Shown here: piece by piece, positions 29,138 to 44,820 of the stretch
Numbering within the stretch: the stretch's first letter is position 1
Layout of the letters: each line of letters opens with the position of its first letter
Assembly: GCF_009914755.1 (NCBI RefSeq)
Contig: NC_060932.1
Direction: 5' to 3' (one strand)
DNA length: 64,000 bases
DNA from: the human T2T-CHM13v2.0 reference genome, Homo sapiens
The notes under the pieces: generated by a model
The model's input: the letters and a program-made list of their open reading frames with translations, nothing else
What the model was told of the DNA's origin: nothing
Database searches by the model: none
Made by a program: the position numbers and the translations under genes

Positions 29138-31184
29138 AAAACCAGACCTGTTGCCTTCCTTGGTGGAGGTAGGGTGAGGTAGACATTCATTCACAGGTGG
29201 TATTGATAGAAGTATCTATTGGTACAGCTTCTCTGGGGGAACAATTGGCAATTCCAATCAAAATCTGAAAAGTATACTTTTCCCAACAGTTCCACTTCTG
29301 GGAACTTTACCTTAAAGAAATAATTAAGGATGTGAGCAAAAATTTAGACACTATGTGGCTGGCATTGTAGGTGTTCAATAAATCTTTGTAGAATGAATTG
29401 TTGAGTATAAAAGGTGCTCCTTGCTGAAATGTTTATAATAGGGAGAAATTGGAAGCAAACCATACATCTTTTCAACTGGATATGAGGCAGCATTAAACTG
29501 TTAGAAAGGATAATCATAATATAGCAATATATGAAAAATGCTTGTATGCTTTCATTTTGTTATACATTTTTAAAAACATTAATAATAGGATATCAATTAA
29601 TTCTTGTTTATGATGAATGGGGCTTTTGATTTTTTATTTGCAATGAACAAGTATTGTTTGTCTTACTAAACAAACAAAGCCAATTTGTCTAAAATCAGCA
29701 TGAAAGAATAACTATTCCACTGAGAGCTTCACTCTCTGACCCAGTATCATTTTCTATACCTGCCAGCTTGGAGGAAGCTGCATTTATAGCTGTGGACGGA
29801 GGAATTTTCTTTGCCTTTGAAGAGGCTGTTGCAATCCCAGTTAATAGAAACCAGATGCATTTGAACCTTAGCTTTCCGGAAAGCTGGGTTACTCTTTATC
29901 TTGGAGCCCACCTTTCACTCTGTCATGAGCTGTCCTTCCCTGTAGGGCTGATGTGCAAGGCTGGCTTTTAGTGAAGGTGAGCAACTTGGAGTTGTAAACA
30001 TTAACTGTGTTGGGCATCATGTTAAAGTAAACTGCAGCAAATCATGTACTTCTCCTTTCAAACTTCCAAATTAGTTGGATGATATTAACCAGCAATGATT
30101 GTTAGATTAAATTTTCAAGGGAGGTTATTGTTTGCCATATGATGATTTAAAAAATAAACAAAACATTGATATCTATTTTTTCTTTGACAATAAATATTAT
30201 CACCCATAACACAAACAATATTTGGAGTTATTAGCATGGAACTCACTCATCTGGACTGTTAAAATGAATGATGTTTCCTCTGGTGGGTTGAATTGTGGGT
30301 TAATATGTACTTTCATTTTCATGGAATAGATATTGATTTTCTATGCACAAAATATGTAATAAAGTATAAAATAGTTAAGAAAGAAGATGTTACTAGGGGA
30401 AACGTGCATCTGGGTTGTTGGCAAATTGAGTCTAGAGAAGAAAATGTAGAACCTGCCAGAAATCTTTGTGATTATTGATTGCTTCAAGGATTTGTCTCAA
30501 TTTCTAAATTTGTACATTGCATGGATTTTCAAGTCGGACATTCAATTTAGTATAGTGCTTTCAGCATTTATTCGCTGTGAGACTAGGAGAAAAGATTCTC
30601 AACCTTTTTTGGCTATAGTCATCTTATTTGCAGAAAGAGAACCGAGAACCTAGAACCTCACATTAAGTAGATCCCTGGTCAGGAAATGTTTGTTTATGGT
30701 AATGATGTTGATAGTAATACAAAATAATAGCAAACTTTTCACCAGTCAAACATATTCATTCCTATTTGCTACCTAAGCTAGGAAAGTAAAAATGCATTTA
30801 TAGAATTTATTTCATTGTAAGAATAAATATAAAATTATATAAAATAATAAAAAATTGGGAAATACCTAAAAATAAAAAAAAAACTTTTTAGTATTACCAT
30901 TTCAACACAACCACTAATACTTTTTATATCACAATTACTTTTATAAAGAATGCCACTAAGTTGAGAAAAAAAAACTTGAAGTTCAAATTGTAGATTGGAT
31001 GAGAAGGCTTTTAATTTCCTTTTGACCCTGCCTCCCTTGATTCCAATGTTCTAGGAAATTCAGTTTGGAAACATCCTATTTTTTAAGTATTTTTGAGGCT
31101 TAACTGTGAAAAAATGATGAAACATTATTTAAGACACTACATCTTAACACTGATTTTTATTAGAAGCCACTGAAGATACAGTAA

Positions 31185-32520
31185 CTTCATTCATTCATTC
31201 ATTCAACAATTGAACAAATGTTCATGGCTTATATGTATTTGGAACTAGGCAAAGTGCTGGGGATACAGCAGTGAAAAACAACAATAGTACAATCTCTGCT
31301 TTTGTAGGCATGGTAGTCTGATTTAGGAGACAGACCTGAAACAGACAATCACATACAAAAACACAGATTCACACTAACAGGAATCCATAAAGAAAAATGG
31401 AGGGTTTTAAGAGATGGTGTAACCAGGAGGCTAATTTAATTGAGGAGTCAGAGGAAATCTTTTGAATGATATTCCTGGTAGAGAATGGGTAGAACTTAGT
31501 CAGCCTATGAGATGGGGTGGGAAGGGGGTAGACTAGAGGAATAAGAGGAATGGGAGTTTAGACTCTGAAGTCTAAACTTGGTGTATTTAAGAGTATGGAG
31601 GAAGAGCAGTGTAGTTAGAACACAGAGGTGTGGAGGAAGCACAGTACACCGTGAAGCTAAGAGTGCCGGGGTGCTATGGCACAGAGGGCGAGGCTGACTA
31701 TGGAAAAATATTTGGATTATATCTTTTTTTTTCTTTTTTAGAGATAAGGTCTCACTCTGTCACCTAGGCTCCAGTGCAGTGGAGCTATCATAACTCACTG
31801 CAACCTCAAACTCCTTGGCTCAACCGATCCTTCTGCCCTCTTAGCCTCCCGAGTAGCTAGAATTACAGGGGTGCTCCCCCATGCCTGGCTAACTTTTTAT
31901 TTATTTATTTTGTAGAGATGGAGTATCCCTATGTGGCACAGGCTGATTTCAAACTTCCAGATTCAAGCAATCCTCCCGCCTTGGCCTCCCAAAGCTGGAG
32001 TTACAGGCATGAGCCACTGTGGCTGGCCTTGGATTACATTTTAAGGGCAAAAGGGGACACCAAAATGTTTTGAGTGGACAAGTGGCCTGGTGCAGTTTAC
32101 AATTTCAGAGAATCTCTCTGTGGCTTTACAGAGATTGAATTAAAGGAGGTAAGAGGGCAAGTGTGGAAGCAGGGAGGACAGTTAGAAGGTCCCTGGAGTG
32201 GTCCAGAAAATAAGATGATAATGTCTTGATTTAGGATGGCATTGATGAAGAGCTGAAGAAGGAGATTTGGGTACTTTGGAAGTGAACTTGATAAGAATTG
32301 GTGAAAAGTTAAACATGAAGGCTAGGGAGAAGGAGCGATCAGGAATGTCTTTCAGATTCCTGGCTTAAGAAACTTGATGGACAGGCGTTCTCTCAATGAA
32401 ATAGGGAGGACAAAGGAGAAGATTAGGCGTTAGATGAAACTTTCAGTTTGGAACAGGTTGCTTTTGAGATAGATGTGAGACATCCAAGTGGAGAGACAAC
32501 TGAATATGCAAGCCTGGCAA
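31185..32520 (-). mobile_element. L2 LINE fragment interrupted by an Alu
   Basis: ttcattcattcattcaacaa...agtgctggggatacagcagtgaa; tgtgagacatccaagtggaga. Confidence 0.75.
31724..32028 (-). mobile_element. AluJ
   Basis: Antisense dimeric Alu with J-type sequence (atcataactcactgcaacctcaaactcc); TSD ttggatta(t/c)at. Confidence 0.92.
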
Positions 32521-32844
32521 TTGCATATGTCTTGCTTCTTTTGACGATTCTGAGAACCAATGAACTTTTCTATCTATTGTAGTTTTTGGTTACTTTACAT
32601 CTAATAGGTAGCTATGAAGTAATGTGAGGCAATTTCTACATATTATTTTATTTAGCCTTATACACAGTGAAATGTCCTTCTCTAATTTCAGTTGAGAAAA
32701 TTGAGACCAAGAGGAGTGAAAACATGAGACAATGTATAGATTTTGGAACTGGGTAAAATCTGCTAATAACCAGTGGAACAAAGATTCAAACCCGGGTCCT
32801 GTTCTCACCTGGATCCAAATCTTCTCATGCCATATCTGCTATTC

Positions 32845-32952
32845 CCTCCTTCCCTCCCTCCTTTTCTTTTCTTTCTTTCTTTTTTCTTTCTTTCCTTCTT
32901 TCTCTCTCTCCCTTCCTTCCTTTCTTTTTCTTTCTTTTCTTTTCTTTTCTTT

Positions 32953-33007
<55 letters not shown>

Positions 33008-33020
33008 CTTTCTCTCTCTC
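32845..33020. repeat. (TTTC)n/CT-rich microsatellite
   Basis: Read directly. Confidence 0.95.
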
Positions 33021-33339
33021 TTGCTCACTCTTTTCTCTTTCATTCTGTAATCTATCATTCTTTCATCTTTATCATCAATATAATCTATCTCTGATCATCT
33101 GTATTTGTCTATGTAATCCTTTTAAAAAATCAATTCCTCCATCCATCCATCATTTCATCCATCCATTCATCCATCCATCTTCCCAGAAATAGATAAATCC
33201 TCAAGAACTGAAGGGTATTTAAAAGGTCACCACTTCATAGATGAGGAAATTGAGTCCCAGTAGAGAGAAATCTCTTGCCCAGAGGCACTCAGTGTTGGTT
33301 AAAATTTTACTTTTTCACCCCGTTTCCTTAACCAGTACC

Positions 33340-33379
33340 TTTCTTCCTTTCTTCCTTTCTTTCTTTTTTCCTTTCTTTC

Positions 33380-33426
<47 letters not shown>

Positions 33427-33520
33427 CTTTCTCTTTCTTTCTTTCTTTTTCTTTCTCTCTTCTTTCTTTCTTTTGCTTTCTTTCTTTCTCTTTTTCTTTC
33501 TTTCTTTCTTTTTTTTTTTT
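33340..33520. repeat. (TTTC)n microsatellite ending in polyT
   Basis: Read directly. Confidence 0.95.
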
Positions 33521-34751
33521 AATGCCTCCTCAGAGAACAGCTCTACTTGAAGCCTAAAGAGAACACTGCCAGGCCTCTGGAGGTAGAGTTTGCATCTATT
33601 TCCAGCATTTCTCCCCTCTGGTGTTTAAATGTATGGGGTTCCCCTCTGAAGTTCTGCAGAGCAAAAGCATCAGCAGGTGGCCTCTCAATGGCTGAAACTT
33701 CCAAGGTATCTGCAGTCAGTCTGCTAACACCGTTTTTCTCCCCTGCTGCTGCAGCAAGACAGAGAATGGGTTTGTAACAGGGGACAAGATAATGATCAAA
33801 GAAAAACTTAGAGTGAAGCCTTCTTGTGTAATTGATTTGGAGGTGGAGGAGGAAGCTGCTGGCCTCCTGGCTGCAGATTTGGAATCCTGCCAGGAGTTAA
33901 CTCTTCAATAGCTGCCCTCCTGAACAGCCTCAGAACAGGAGAGATGAAGCACCAGAAGAGAGTTATCAGAAGAGTGTTCTCTTCTTGTCAGAATTGTCCA
34001 TTCCTGAATCATCTGTGCTTTGAATTTACCCCAAACTGGAATGATATGAAAAAAAAAGAATAAAAGGGAAAAATATTAAACCACTGTTCATTTTTGTATT
34101 GCATTAATTTAACCTAGTAGTCAAATTGATGCTCATAAGCTCAATGATTATGTCTTGGCTCATTATTATAATGCACATTTATCAAGGGCCTGTCTATGTG
34201 CTAGGCACTAAAGAACCAACAACGAAAAATACAGTTTCTTCTTGATGTGGCTCTGGGCTCCATACTTAGTCTTTTTATCCTACCATTCTCCCCCTCATCA
34301 GAATATGAGCTAGTTTCCAAATGAACAACATTTCCTTGGGTCACTGACCTTCTTTGTACATGCCCTTGTCTTAGTTGAGCAGGCTCTGATGCACCTTGGC
34401 TTCCTTTGAACATCTTGACCATCAAGTCTAATTGCAAGGAATGACTATGCTGAATCTTCTTTATTGGTCTCTTCTCCCTTTACATTTCCATTGCAATCTG
34501 GTATAACTTGGCTTGATCGAAGTTGTTTTAAAATGAATTGTTTCAGCAAGTAGGTGGGGATTTCTTGAGTGCAGAGACCGAGTCCATTCGTTTCCATCTC
34601 ACTCACAGACACATGGCACCTGGCATAGAGTAGGTGCTCAAAAAGTAATGGCTTAATGATACAATGAGTGAGTGAAGAACTCACACTCCTTTAGAGATCT
34701 CAGCTCTACTCTCTACTAACCTAACATACTGGTGTAGATACTACTGTGGAG

Positions 34752-35080
34752 ATATATATATATATATAGTATATATATGTAAATATATATACGTATATAT
34801 ATGTGTATATATATACGTATATATATGTGTATATATATACGTATATATATGTGTATATATATACGTATATATATGTGTATATATATACGTATATATGTAT
34901 ATATGTGTATATATATACGTATATATGTGTATATATATATACATATATATATATGTGTGTATATATATATACATATATATATGTGTGTATATATATATAC
35001 ATATATATATGTGTGTATATATATATACATATATATATGTGTGTATATATATATACATATATATATATATGTGTATATAT
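34752..35080. repeat. (TA)n-derived minisatellite with ~24-bp and ~28-bp higher-order units
   Basis: gtgtatatatatacgtatatatat at 34803, 34827, 34851; later gtgtgtatatatatatacatatatatat units. Confidence 0.95.
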
Positions 35081-36419
35081 AACTTTGGATGCTCAGGGGA
35101 AGATTAATCACCTCTTCCCCAGGATAGAGATAATAAGCAGATTTAACAGATAATATTTTTGCACTGGGTCTTAACGTGTGAATAGGTGGAAGAGAGAGGA
35201 AATGGCACCCAGAGGTGGAGAACAGCATAAGTAAAGGCAAGCAACTGGCCATGCTTAGTGTTAAAATACTCTGGGAGTTGTGGGAATTAGGGGCGGATAG
35301 TACCAGAAGGAGTGGGAGAGGGCAAGGTAGAGGAACAAAACACACAAAGAAACTGGTATTATTTTTAAACTTATTACACAAAATTTAGAAGTGTCCAAAA
35401 AACAAGAATTGTATAATGAGTTTGCAGCTTCAACAATTATTAATTATTGTCCAATATTGTTTAATCTATAACCCCACCCATTCCCCACCTCCATGAATCT
35501 TTTGAAGCAAATTTCCACAGGTTATACTATTTAACTCATAAATATTTCAATATGCATCTTTAAAACATAAGGACTCTATTTTGTTTTTTAAAGCATAACC
35601 ACAATGTAATTATCACAACTCAAGAGTTCTACAACAATTACCTAATACCATAAAATATGCAGTGTTCAATTTTTTATTGCATTTTTTATTTTTTTGCATT
35701 TTGTTTGAATCATTTCAAATAAGTTCCATACATGTCAACTGGTTGATGTTTATCTCTGTAAATCTACAGCTTTTCCATTTTCTCTTTTATTCCATTGAAA
35801 ATTTTTATTTTTATTCATTTGTTTTTCATTTTGTGTCATCCTTCAATTGTTTTATTCATTTGTTTATTTTCATTCATTGGTGTTGTTGAAGATACTGGGT
35901 TGCTTGTTCTAGAGTTTCTGACTCCAACAGTCTGGGTTTTGCAGACTGCATCCTCGTGACCTCATTAGCATGTTCTTTTTTCTTGGAGCCAGGTTCTATT
36001 TTTTGGCAAGAATACTTTATTGAAGCCATGATTCAACAATTCACAGAAGTTGCAAAATGGTGATATTCTAATTCCATGTTTGAACCGAATGTTTCCTGAG
36101 GCCCCTTCCACTTCTGAAAAGGCTGTCCCAGATGCAGAGATGGAATGTGGGAAGGAAAGAAGTGAGGAAGAGCACCTATTCTGCAGCACCTGTCCTGGGA
36201 AGGCATGAGCACAACAGATGAACAAATGCTGATGACACATTTTTCCTCCTTCAAATTTTCTTCCTGTTCAACTTTAAAGAGAAGAGTTAAAGTACCAGTG
36301 GGTGGAGAATAGGGAGAAATGTATAGAAGAGAATTAGTGAGAAGGGAAAAACAAACATGCTGCTATCTCTGTGTGTTTCTTTCTGGGTCTCAGTTTTTCT
36401 CGTCTATAAAATAAAGCCC

Positions 36420-36799
36420 TGCTATAATTTGAATGTGTCTCCTCCAAAATTCAAATGTTGAAACTTAATGGCCAATATGATGATATTAAAAAGTGGGACT
36501 GTTAAGTGGTGATTAGGTCATGACAGCCTTCTCCCCTTATGAATAGGAGTAAGGCCATTATAAAAGAGGCTTCAAGGGCCTCCTACCATACGAAGAGGCA
36601 GTACGTCGCCCCTCTGGAGGACACAGCAGCAAGGCGCCATCTTGGAAGCAGAGAGCAGTCCCCACTGGACAACCAAACCTGCCGGTGCCTTGATCTTGGG
36701 CTTCACAGCCTCCAGACCAGTGAGAAAATAATTTTCTGTTCCTGATATATTACCCAGCCTCTGATATTTTTGTTATTCCAGCACAAATAGACTAAGATA
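36420..36799 (+). mobile_element. MST-family (MSTB/MSTD-like) MaLR solo LTR
   Basis: tgctataatttgaatgtgtc...caaggcgccatcttggaagcagagag...gactaagata. Confidence 0.85.
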
Positions 36800-36873
36800 A
36801 TACCTTTCTAGCTCTGACAGAGCCCCATGACACAGAGTCAGAGCATTTGTACAGGTGTGCTTATAAACATCTG

Positions 36874-36978
36874 AAGAAGGAAAGGAAGAAGGAAGGAAGG
36901 AAGAAAAGAAGGAAGGAAGGAAGGAAAGAAGGAAGGAAGTAAATGAAGGAAGGAAGGAAGGAAAGAAGGAACGAAGGA
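36874..36978. repeat. (GGAA)n microsatellite
   Basis: Read directly. Confidence 0.9.
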
Positions 36979-39655
36979 AAACACACACAAAAAAACTCCT
37001 GAAAATGAAAAGTTTTATACACAAGACTGCTCTACTGATCCACAGATCCACAAATAAACTTCAGTAAATTGACTTCATAAAACATTTTCCTTAACTGCAG
37101 TCATATTAGCAGATATATTTTGTGCTGTTATTAAATATTTTAAATGCTGCAACTTATGAGACTCTAGTAAAATTTGATGTCTATATAGCTGAGACTACAA
37201 AGTGAGCCCACTTTTGGACTCAATAGTAAGGTTTGGGGGTTAAATGGTTAATTATCTTACATTTGGATTACAAAACAGCTTCCTTAGTGGTGTCAATAGC
37301 TTCATATTAACCCCAATCTGTAGTAGTATTCTAAAATATAAATTGGACTTATTTTCCTTACTTAAAACCTTTCAAGGGCTCCTCATTACTCTAGCAATAA
37401 GCTCTAGACTTTTAGCTTTCATTGCATTACTTTCTGCTCCTTCTCATGTTTGAGTTCTGTCAGCATTCTTGGTTGCAACAAACAGAAACTAATGAGACCT
37501 AATTTAAGCAAAAATAATGTACTGAAGCAATAGTGTAGCAGCTCCTGAGTGTGTCTCTCTGTATACCCTTGGCACTCACCATTTTGATAGAAGTCGAGAG
37601 CATTCTGTTGGGAGCATTTATGACTCTACCTGCAGAATTTTTCTTGACACTTTCGTAGGCAGACTGAACGTTCCAGGGAGCTCATGCTTGAGAGAAGTCC
37701 TCAACCAATGATGGATGGAAATTATACAATAAATACCCTAGGTTCTTCATTCCTCAGATGGGACAACTCTGAAGAATAAATCAGAAGGATTGAGCTCTAG
37801 GTTCCTCCAGCAGTAACCTGTTTAATCATGTGTAATATATTGGATTTCTTTCTCTATTTTTTTTTAAATTTCTCTCTTCTCCACTCCTTTACTGTTTCCT
37901 TCCAGCATCACTTCCTCAATCCTTGTTTCAAGGTCTACTTCTGGGACATCCAACCTTGGGATATAGTGAGTAGCTCTCAGAATCACCTAGAAGGTAGGGG
38001 AATTGGGCTTGGAAAAAAATTGCAACAAAGGGAAATGATGAGACAAAACCACAGAATAAATTACCCCATACACGAGTCCAGCAAAGATACCCAGCTACTC
38101 TTGCTATACATGACTGGAAGTAGAAAGCCACTGGATGATTTTACACCTGCTATACATAGGCTTACCTACCACCACACTAGAGACCTCAGGCCACCCTGTG
38201 GTTACCACTGAAACCATTTGAAAATAATCAGTGACCTGGGAAATTCTTCTCACCGCTGCTACTGCTACCATCAGAACAAGATATTCCAATGTCTTATCTC
38301 TTAAATTCTTTGCTCTAAGTTCAAAATCTTTGGTAGAGGCAACTGATTGAGTAAGCATAGATCACATTCCATAGCTCAGTTACAAGAATATGGAAAAATA
38401 AGGATGTATACATTTTTTAGCATATATAGTGGGAGGTAGGGTTTGGTTTCTGACTAAGGTTTAGAAAGGAGGGAAATTTCAAAACACAGAAGTGGGTTCA
38501 GACACAGAAGAACCTAAAAGGAGACCACCTTCCACCAAATAACATGGAGTTCCTTTAAACCTACTTTGTCATGGCATGCTGACTCAGCATGCATATCTCC
38601 CTCTACTTTGAATGTTCCCCTTGGTCTCGAAAACTACTTTTAGAATTCAGGCTCAGATGCTACTTCCTCAAGGCCTTACCTTTGTTTCACAGGAAGGATT
38701 GAGTCTTTTAATTCCATGTGCCTTGGGTTCATCCTGGTCATGGCATTTATTGAACAGTATTATAGAAGAAGGTGTGTCTTTCCTATTATCCATAGAGCTT
38801 CTTGTAGACAGGATGACTCCCTTGCTTAACCCTTAGTATTTGACACAATACAAATCACATCGTGAGAGCTCAAGAATCTTTACCTAATAAAAAGCCAGTG
38901 ACCTATTGCAAAAGAGATATTCTACCATTTAAAATTATGATGATCAATGCGCACCAAGTATCCAGGAAACATTTTGGTTGAGGGAAAGTCCGAAGTTACT
39001 TTCTTTGTCATGGTAGCTCATGGTAGCAGGACTTTGATCATTTGAAAAGGTCCCGTGTTAACAGCTTACAGGATCTAACCTCATGGTTTTTAAAGATGTA
39101 TTAAAGACAATTCATTAATCTAATAATTCAACAAGCATGATTAGTTCCAGGCCTGGTGCTGGATATCAAGAATGATGTTGAAGAAAGCACTTTTCTCAAA
39201 GGAGAGTTGTGCTGGTGGAGGGCAGGCATTTTTACACCCCCTTGTAGTAGTGTGAATGCATCCCTTACTACATAATGTAAAAAAGTGCTGTAGGGGCACT
39301 GAGGAGGGAGAAATCAACTTGTTCTGGGAGAGTTTAGAAAGGCTTCCTGGAGGAAAGGTTTTCAAATTTAAGTTCTGGAGAATTTTACATGGCAGGAACA
39401 TTAATAGAGGAAGGGTTCATGGAGGGGAGAGGTGAATAGGACAAGGACAGGAGGTGTAAACATTCAGGAGCTACTGGGGGACTGTGTGCTGTCCAGTGTG
39501 CTGGAGTCTGGCTGTGGTAGAGATGCCTCGGCAGAGCTGAGGCTAGTGGGGAGGAGAAGTGAGGTTGTATGCAAGCCTTGAATGCCATCCTGAGGAGCTT
39601 AGACCTCATCCTTTGTAGGAAATAGGAAGCCACTGGATCATTTAAGGCAGGGAAG

Positions 39656-40496
39656 TGTAAGGGAGGAAAAATAATTTTCTATTTTTTATGTTTTTTAACT
39701 GAGATTCTCCATGACAAAAGACAGATTAACAAGAGAAAAACAAGTTTATCAACCTGTACAGTTCATGAATACAGTTGGTCCTCCATATCCATGGTTTCTG
39801 CATCAACCAACCATGGATCAAAAATATTAAAAAAACAAAAACAGTGAAAAACAACACACAGTAAAACATAATACAAATTGAAAAACTACAACAATTTACA
39901 TAGCATTAAAATTGTATTAGGTATTGTAAGTAATCTAGAGATGATTTAAAGAATGTGGGAGAATGTGTATAAGTTATATGCAAAGGCAACACCGTTTTAC
40001 AATGCGGGACCTGAGGGCTCACGAATTTTGGTATCGTGGGAAGAAGGTGGGGGTGTGGATTGGAACAAATTAGGAGTAAATCTTTAGAGTAGATCTCAAA
40101 GAAAGAGCTTAAACTTCAGACTTAAATACCATCATTTTCAGAAACTAAGAAATAAGTATGTGGAAAAAGGTTTGGTTAAGAGGAGGTGGCCAGGAAAATC
40201 ACTGAAAAACAAAGGTAGAGTTTTGTTATGAAGATTTAAGAGCTGCCTTCCCTGTTGTTTAAGAGTTGTCCTTCTTTTCCTAGTGCAGAAAGGGAGATAC
40301 TCTTACAAATGGAGAATTCCATTATAGATGTGAATTTCTCTTTAAAAACAGTAATCTTTCAGAGCTACTCCTGTGTCTATAGTTTTTCAAAATAACCAGT
40401 TCAAAATAATTCTTACACCAAAGAGGCATATTTTGGGGTGTCATGTTTTGATCTCCTACAGTCATATTTTGGGGTCATGTTTCTTTAGCCTCATTA
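39656..40496. mobile_element. MER34-like ERV1 LTR, inserted in L2 and containing a Tigger element
   Basis: gacaaaagacagattaacaagagaaaaac...ccaaagaggcatattttggggtg. Confidence 0.6.
39772..40070. mobile_element. Tigger3-like TcMar DNA transposon fragment
   Basis: tacagttggtcctccatatccatgg...attgtattaggtattgtaagtaatctagagatgatttaaag. Confidence 0.75.
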
Positions 40497-41894
40497 GGAT
40501 AGGCTCCTGAAATAATCATTGAAATAATTACTTCATCTCTCTGAGAGACTAAGGCTCTGAGAGATTGGAGTTTCATCTTTCACGAGTCACATGGCCTTCC
40601 TTAAGCAAGGTGAGAAACCCATCTGTGTCCTCCTTTTTTCATCTGCAAAATGAGATTAATAGGATTATTTAAGAATTAAATAAAATAAATCAGCCAATTT
40701 AAGATAATGCGTGGCAATGCTTAATATTTATCCCCAGCTACTATTACTATTATCATTATTGGTTTATTTTGGATCAGTGTCTCTGGCAGCAACAAGAGCC
40801 ACGGATTGGAGGGGAAGTAAAGACAAGAGGCGGAACCTAGTGAGGACATAGTGTGACCTGGGGAGTCCCAAGAGAGATGAGTGGACTTTCACTCAAGCCA
40901 CAGCAGTGAGAATCAAGAAGAAAGAGCTGGAAGTGAGTGTCAGGGAAGGTGAAGGAGCCAAGAGTGACTAAGAGATTTCTGGGTTCTTAGACTAGCATAC
41001 GACATGCTTCATGTTTTACCCTTGATCTACCTCTCAGTCCTACCTAGTGCAATGCCCTATCGTTTCACATATGCTCTAGAACTGCTGCTCTAATATATAC
41101 CTAAGAGAAACCATTTTGTTCTAGACCTCTACTCCTTTTCTCAAGAATCTCCTGTGTTTGGAACAGACTTACAACCTCTCTTCCCTAACAGTCTGGGAAA
41201 AAGAAACCTTTCCTTTTTCTTATTTCCCAAGGCTGCATTAGGTTTTCCCAGAGCATCTTGTCCTTACTCTGTCAAATACTTGTCTCACCTTTGGGATTGC
41301 TTGTTTATTTGCCTGTCTTGCTTTAGAAAATTGCAAGCTCCCCAAGGCCAGAGACCATATCTTATTTAAACTGTATGCCTGGCAACTGGCATGACGCTGC
41401 ATAATAGGTGCTCAGTAAATGTTTGTTGACCTGAAATTAACTAGCTTAGGCCAGCAGCTATTTGATAAAGTCCAAAACCAGTGGTTCTTAAATGTAGTGA
41501 GCTCCTGATAGACTTCTCCAGAGATGACAGGATCAGACACAGGCTGGCAGCTGCGGGCTGTAGGCTAGGTGTATGAATTTTGACGAAAGTTCTTGGGTGG
41601 CTCTGAGGCACATGTTGGGTTCACTTGAACTCACTCTTTGTCCCTCTGTATTGTCTGTGAAAGGCCCTATTGTCCTGCCTCTTTCTCAATGAGGCTATGA
41701 GCATGAGTAACATAATAACTAGTGGAAATGCTGTATTATTTATGCAACATAAGACTGCGAGTGAAGTTCCTAGCAGTGGAGTTATTAAGCAATGCATTCT
41801 TGGCTAATGACTAGCCTGTTGGGGGCCCACTTTCAGAACACCTTTCTCTTCCACATCATTTCCTTTCTGACTTTTTTTTTTTTTTGAAAATCTA

Positions 41895-43045
<1,151 letters not shown>

Positions 43046-43997
43046 TAGAGGGCTTCTCTTTTTCCCCCAAGAGGATCATATTTCGGGTTTCAGGATATGA
43101 CTTTGACATCAAGTTCCCTTGGGGTGAAACCTGTTATTGTAGAAGCCACTTGGAGACATCCCCTTGGAAACTTGCCAAGAACTTCCCAGCATTCAAAGGA
43201 GCTGCTCACAGTGTCAGGCAGGGGCAGGGCTTGAGGGGACCAAAAGGGATGGGAGGAAGGCACAATACACCATGTTACTTTTGGAGTTGGGAAGCAGCTC
43301 TTTCATCACTGGCCGTGTGATTTCAGGGCAAGCCCCTCTTCTCCATCATGTCCATTTCCTACTCTTTATAATGAAACTAAAATTTCCTCTCCAGGTTGCT
43401 AGATACAGTAATATAATTAGAAGATGATTCTAAAGCAAATAGCACTCAGTGAATGCCCCTCCCCAATCCTTTGTCAGATTGGGTACTCCAGAAAGCCAGG
43501 ACAGAATTAAATGGATGAGAGGTTTGTTGGAGGAAATGCCCATGTAGGATAAGGAGAAATGGAGGCAGATCAGGTGGAGAGGCTTAGAATGTGATGTGGG
43601 GGTGACACCTGTAAGGGCAGAGAGGGAAAGAAGAAGAGGGATGAAGAGCCTCAGACCCACAACAGCACTGATAGAGCAGGCAGTTGGGGAAGCCAGGAGC
43701 AAAGACGGGCTGCTAGAGGAGTCTTGAATTAGGTGAAAATGGCCTGGCTCTATTGTCCTCACAGTGCTCAGTCATTAGATGGGAGCTGCCTGAGTCTCCT
43801 GAGCACCATGGTGGATCCTGAAGGCTCAGCAGCTGGCGGCTGTCTGTGGACTTCCTTCATTCTACTCAGCAGGTTCTCTGTTGAGGGGACATCTGAGCAG
43901 GTTACTCTCCTAGCATCACAGCTTCCACACACCCCTCTTTCTTCTTTCATCTTTTTTCTTGTCTATACCTTGAGGATAAAGACTTCTATTACTCACT

Positions 43998-44341
43998 TTA
44001 TCAGTCTGCTTGTGCTGCCATGACAAAACAACACAGACTGGGTGGCAAAATTTATTTTCTCATAGTTCTGGGGGCTGGAAGTTCAAGATAAAGGTGCCAG
44101 TAGGATTCATTTCTCCTAAGGCCTCTCTTCCTGGCTCGTAGACGGCTTCCTTCTTGCGGTTTGTGTGCATGCAGCTCTTCCTCTTCTTATAAGGACATTA
44201 GTTTTAGTGAATTAAGGCTCCACCTTTATGCCCTCATTTATCCTTAATTACATCCTTAAAGTCCCTATCTCCAAATACAGTGACACTGGAAGTTAAAGCT
44301 TCAACATATAGTTTTGGGGGAGACATAATTTCGTCTGTAAC
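43998..44341 (-). mobile_element. MLT1A-like MaLR LTR
   Basis: ctgccatgacaaaacaacacagactgggtggc...gtccctatctccaaatacagtgacactgga. Confidence 0.75.
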
Positions 44342-44820
44342 TTATTCATATACCTCATTCAGTAAATGTTTCTTCCTTTCCTCCCTCCGTTGCTTCTTCA
44401 GTCTTCACATTAAAAGCCTGCCATGTCCACCCAGTGTGCTTGGCATGCAGAGACAAAATATACTATTCCTACACTTAGTGAGATGACAATCTGTTGGGAA
44501 GGAAGTACTTGGGATTTGCACTCTATGATGATAGGTGCAATGATAAGAGTGAGCCTGGATACTGGATGAACACAAAAGCAAAATCTCTAATCCTGCCTAG
44601 GCTTGCTGAAGTGTCCAAAAAACACTTTCTGGAAGAGGTAGTATCCAAGTACATTTTAAAGAATGGGTAGAATTTAGCAAGTGAAGAACATGGAAAGAGC
44701 ATGCGCAAATACAAGGAACTTTGAGAGATTATAGTCCACTAAAGCAACTACTGCTACTCCAGTGTGCAGGGAGCACAGGAAAAGCCCTGAGGGATATGCT
44801 GAGAACCAGGAATGCAGGGG

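Noticed and set aside
29760-29939. Candidate minus-strand coding exon (ctacag/...cag/gtatag) containing a 16-bp palindrome at 29870-29885
   Set aside because: Stops in all three frames and a weak pyrimidine tract; a non-coding exon cannot be supported without RNA data
32732-33522. Phe/Leu/Ser-rich and Lys/Arg/Glu-rich ORFs
   Set aside because: Translations of (TTTC)n microsatellites
34716-35381. Overlapping Tyr/Ile-rich ORFs up to 221 aa
   Set aside because: Artefacts of the (TA)n/(CA)n array
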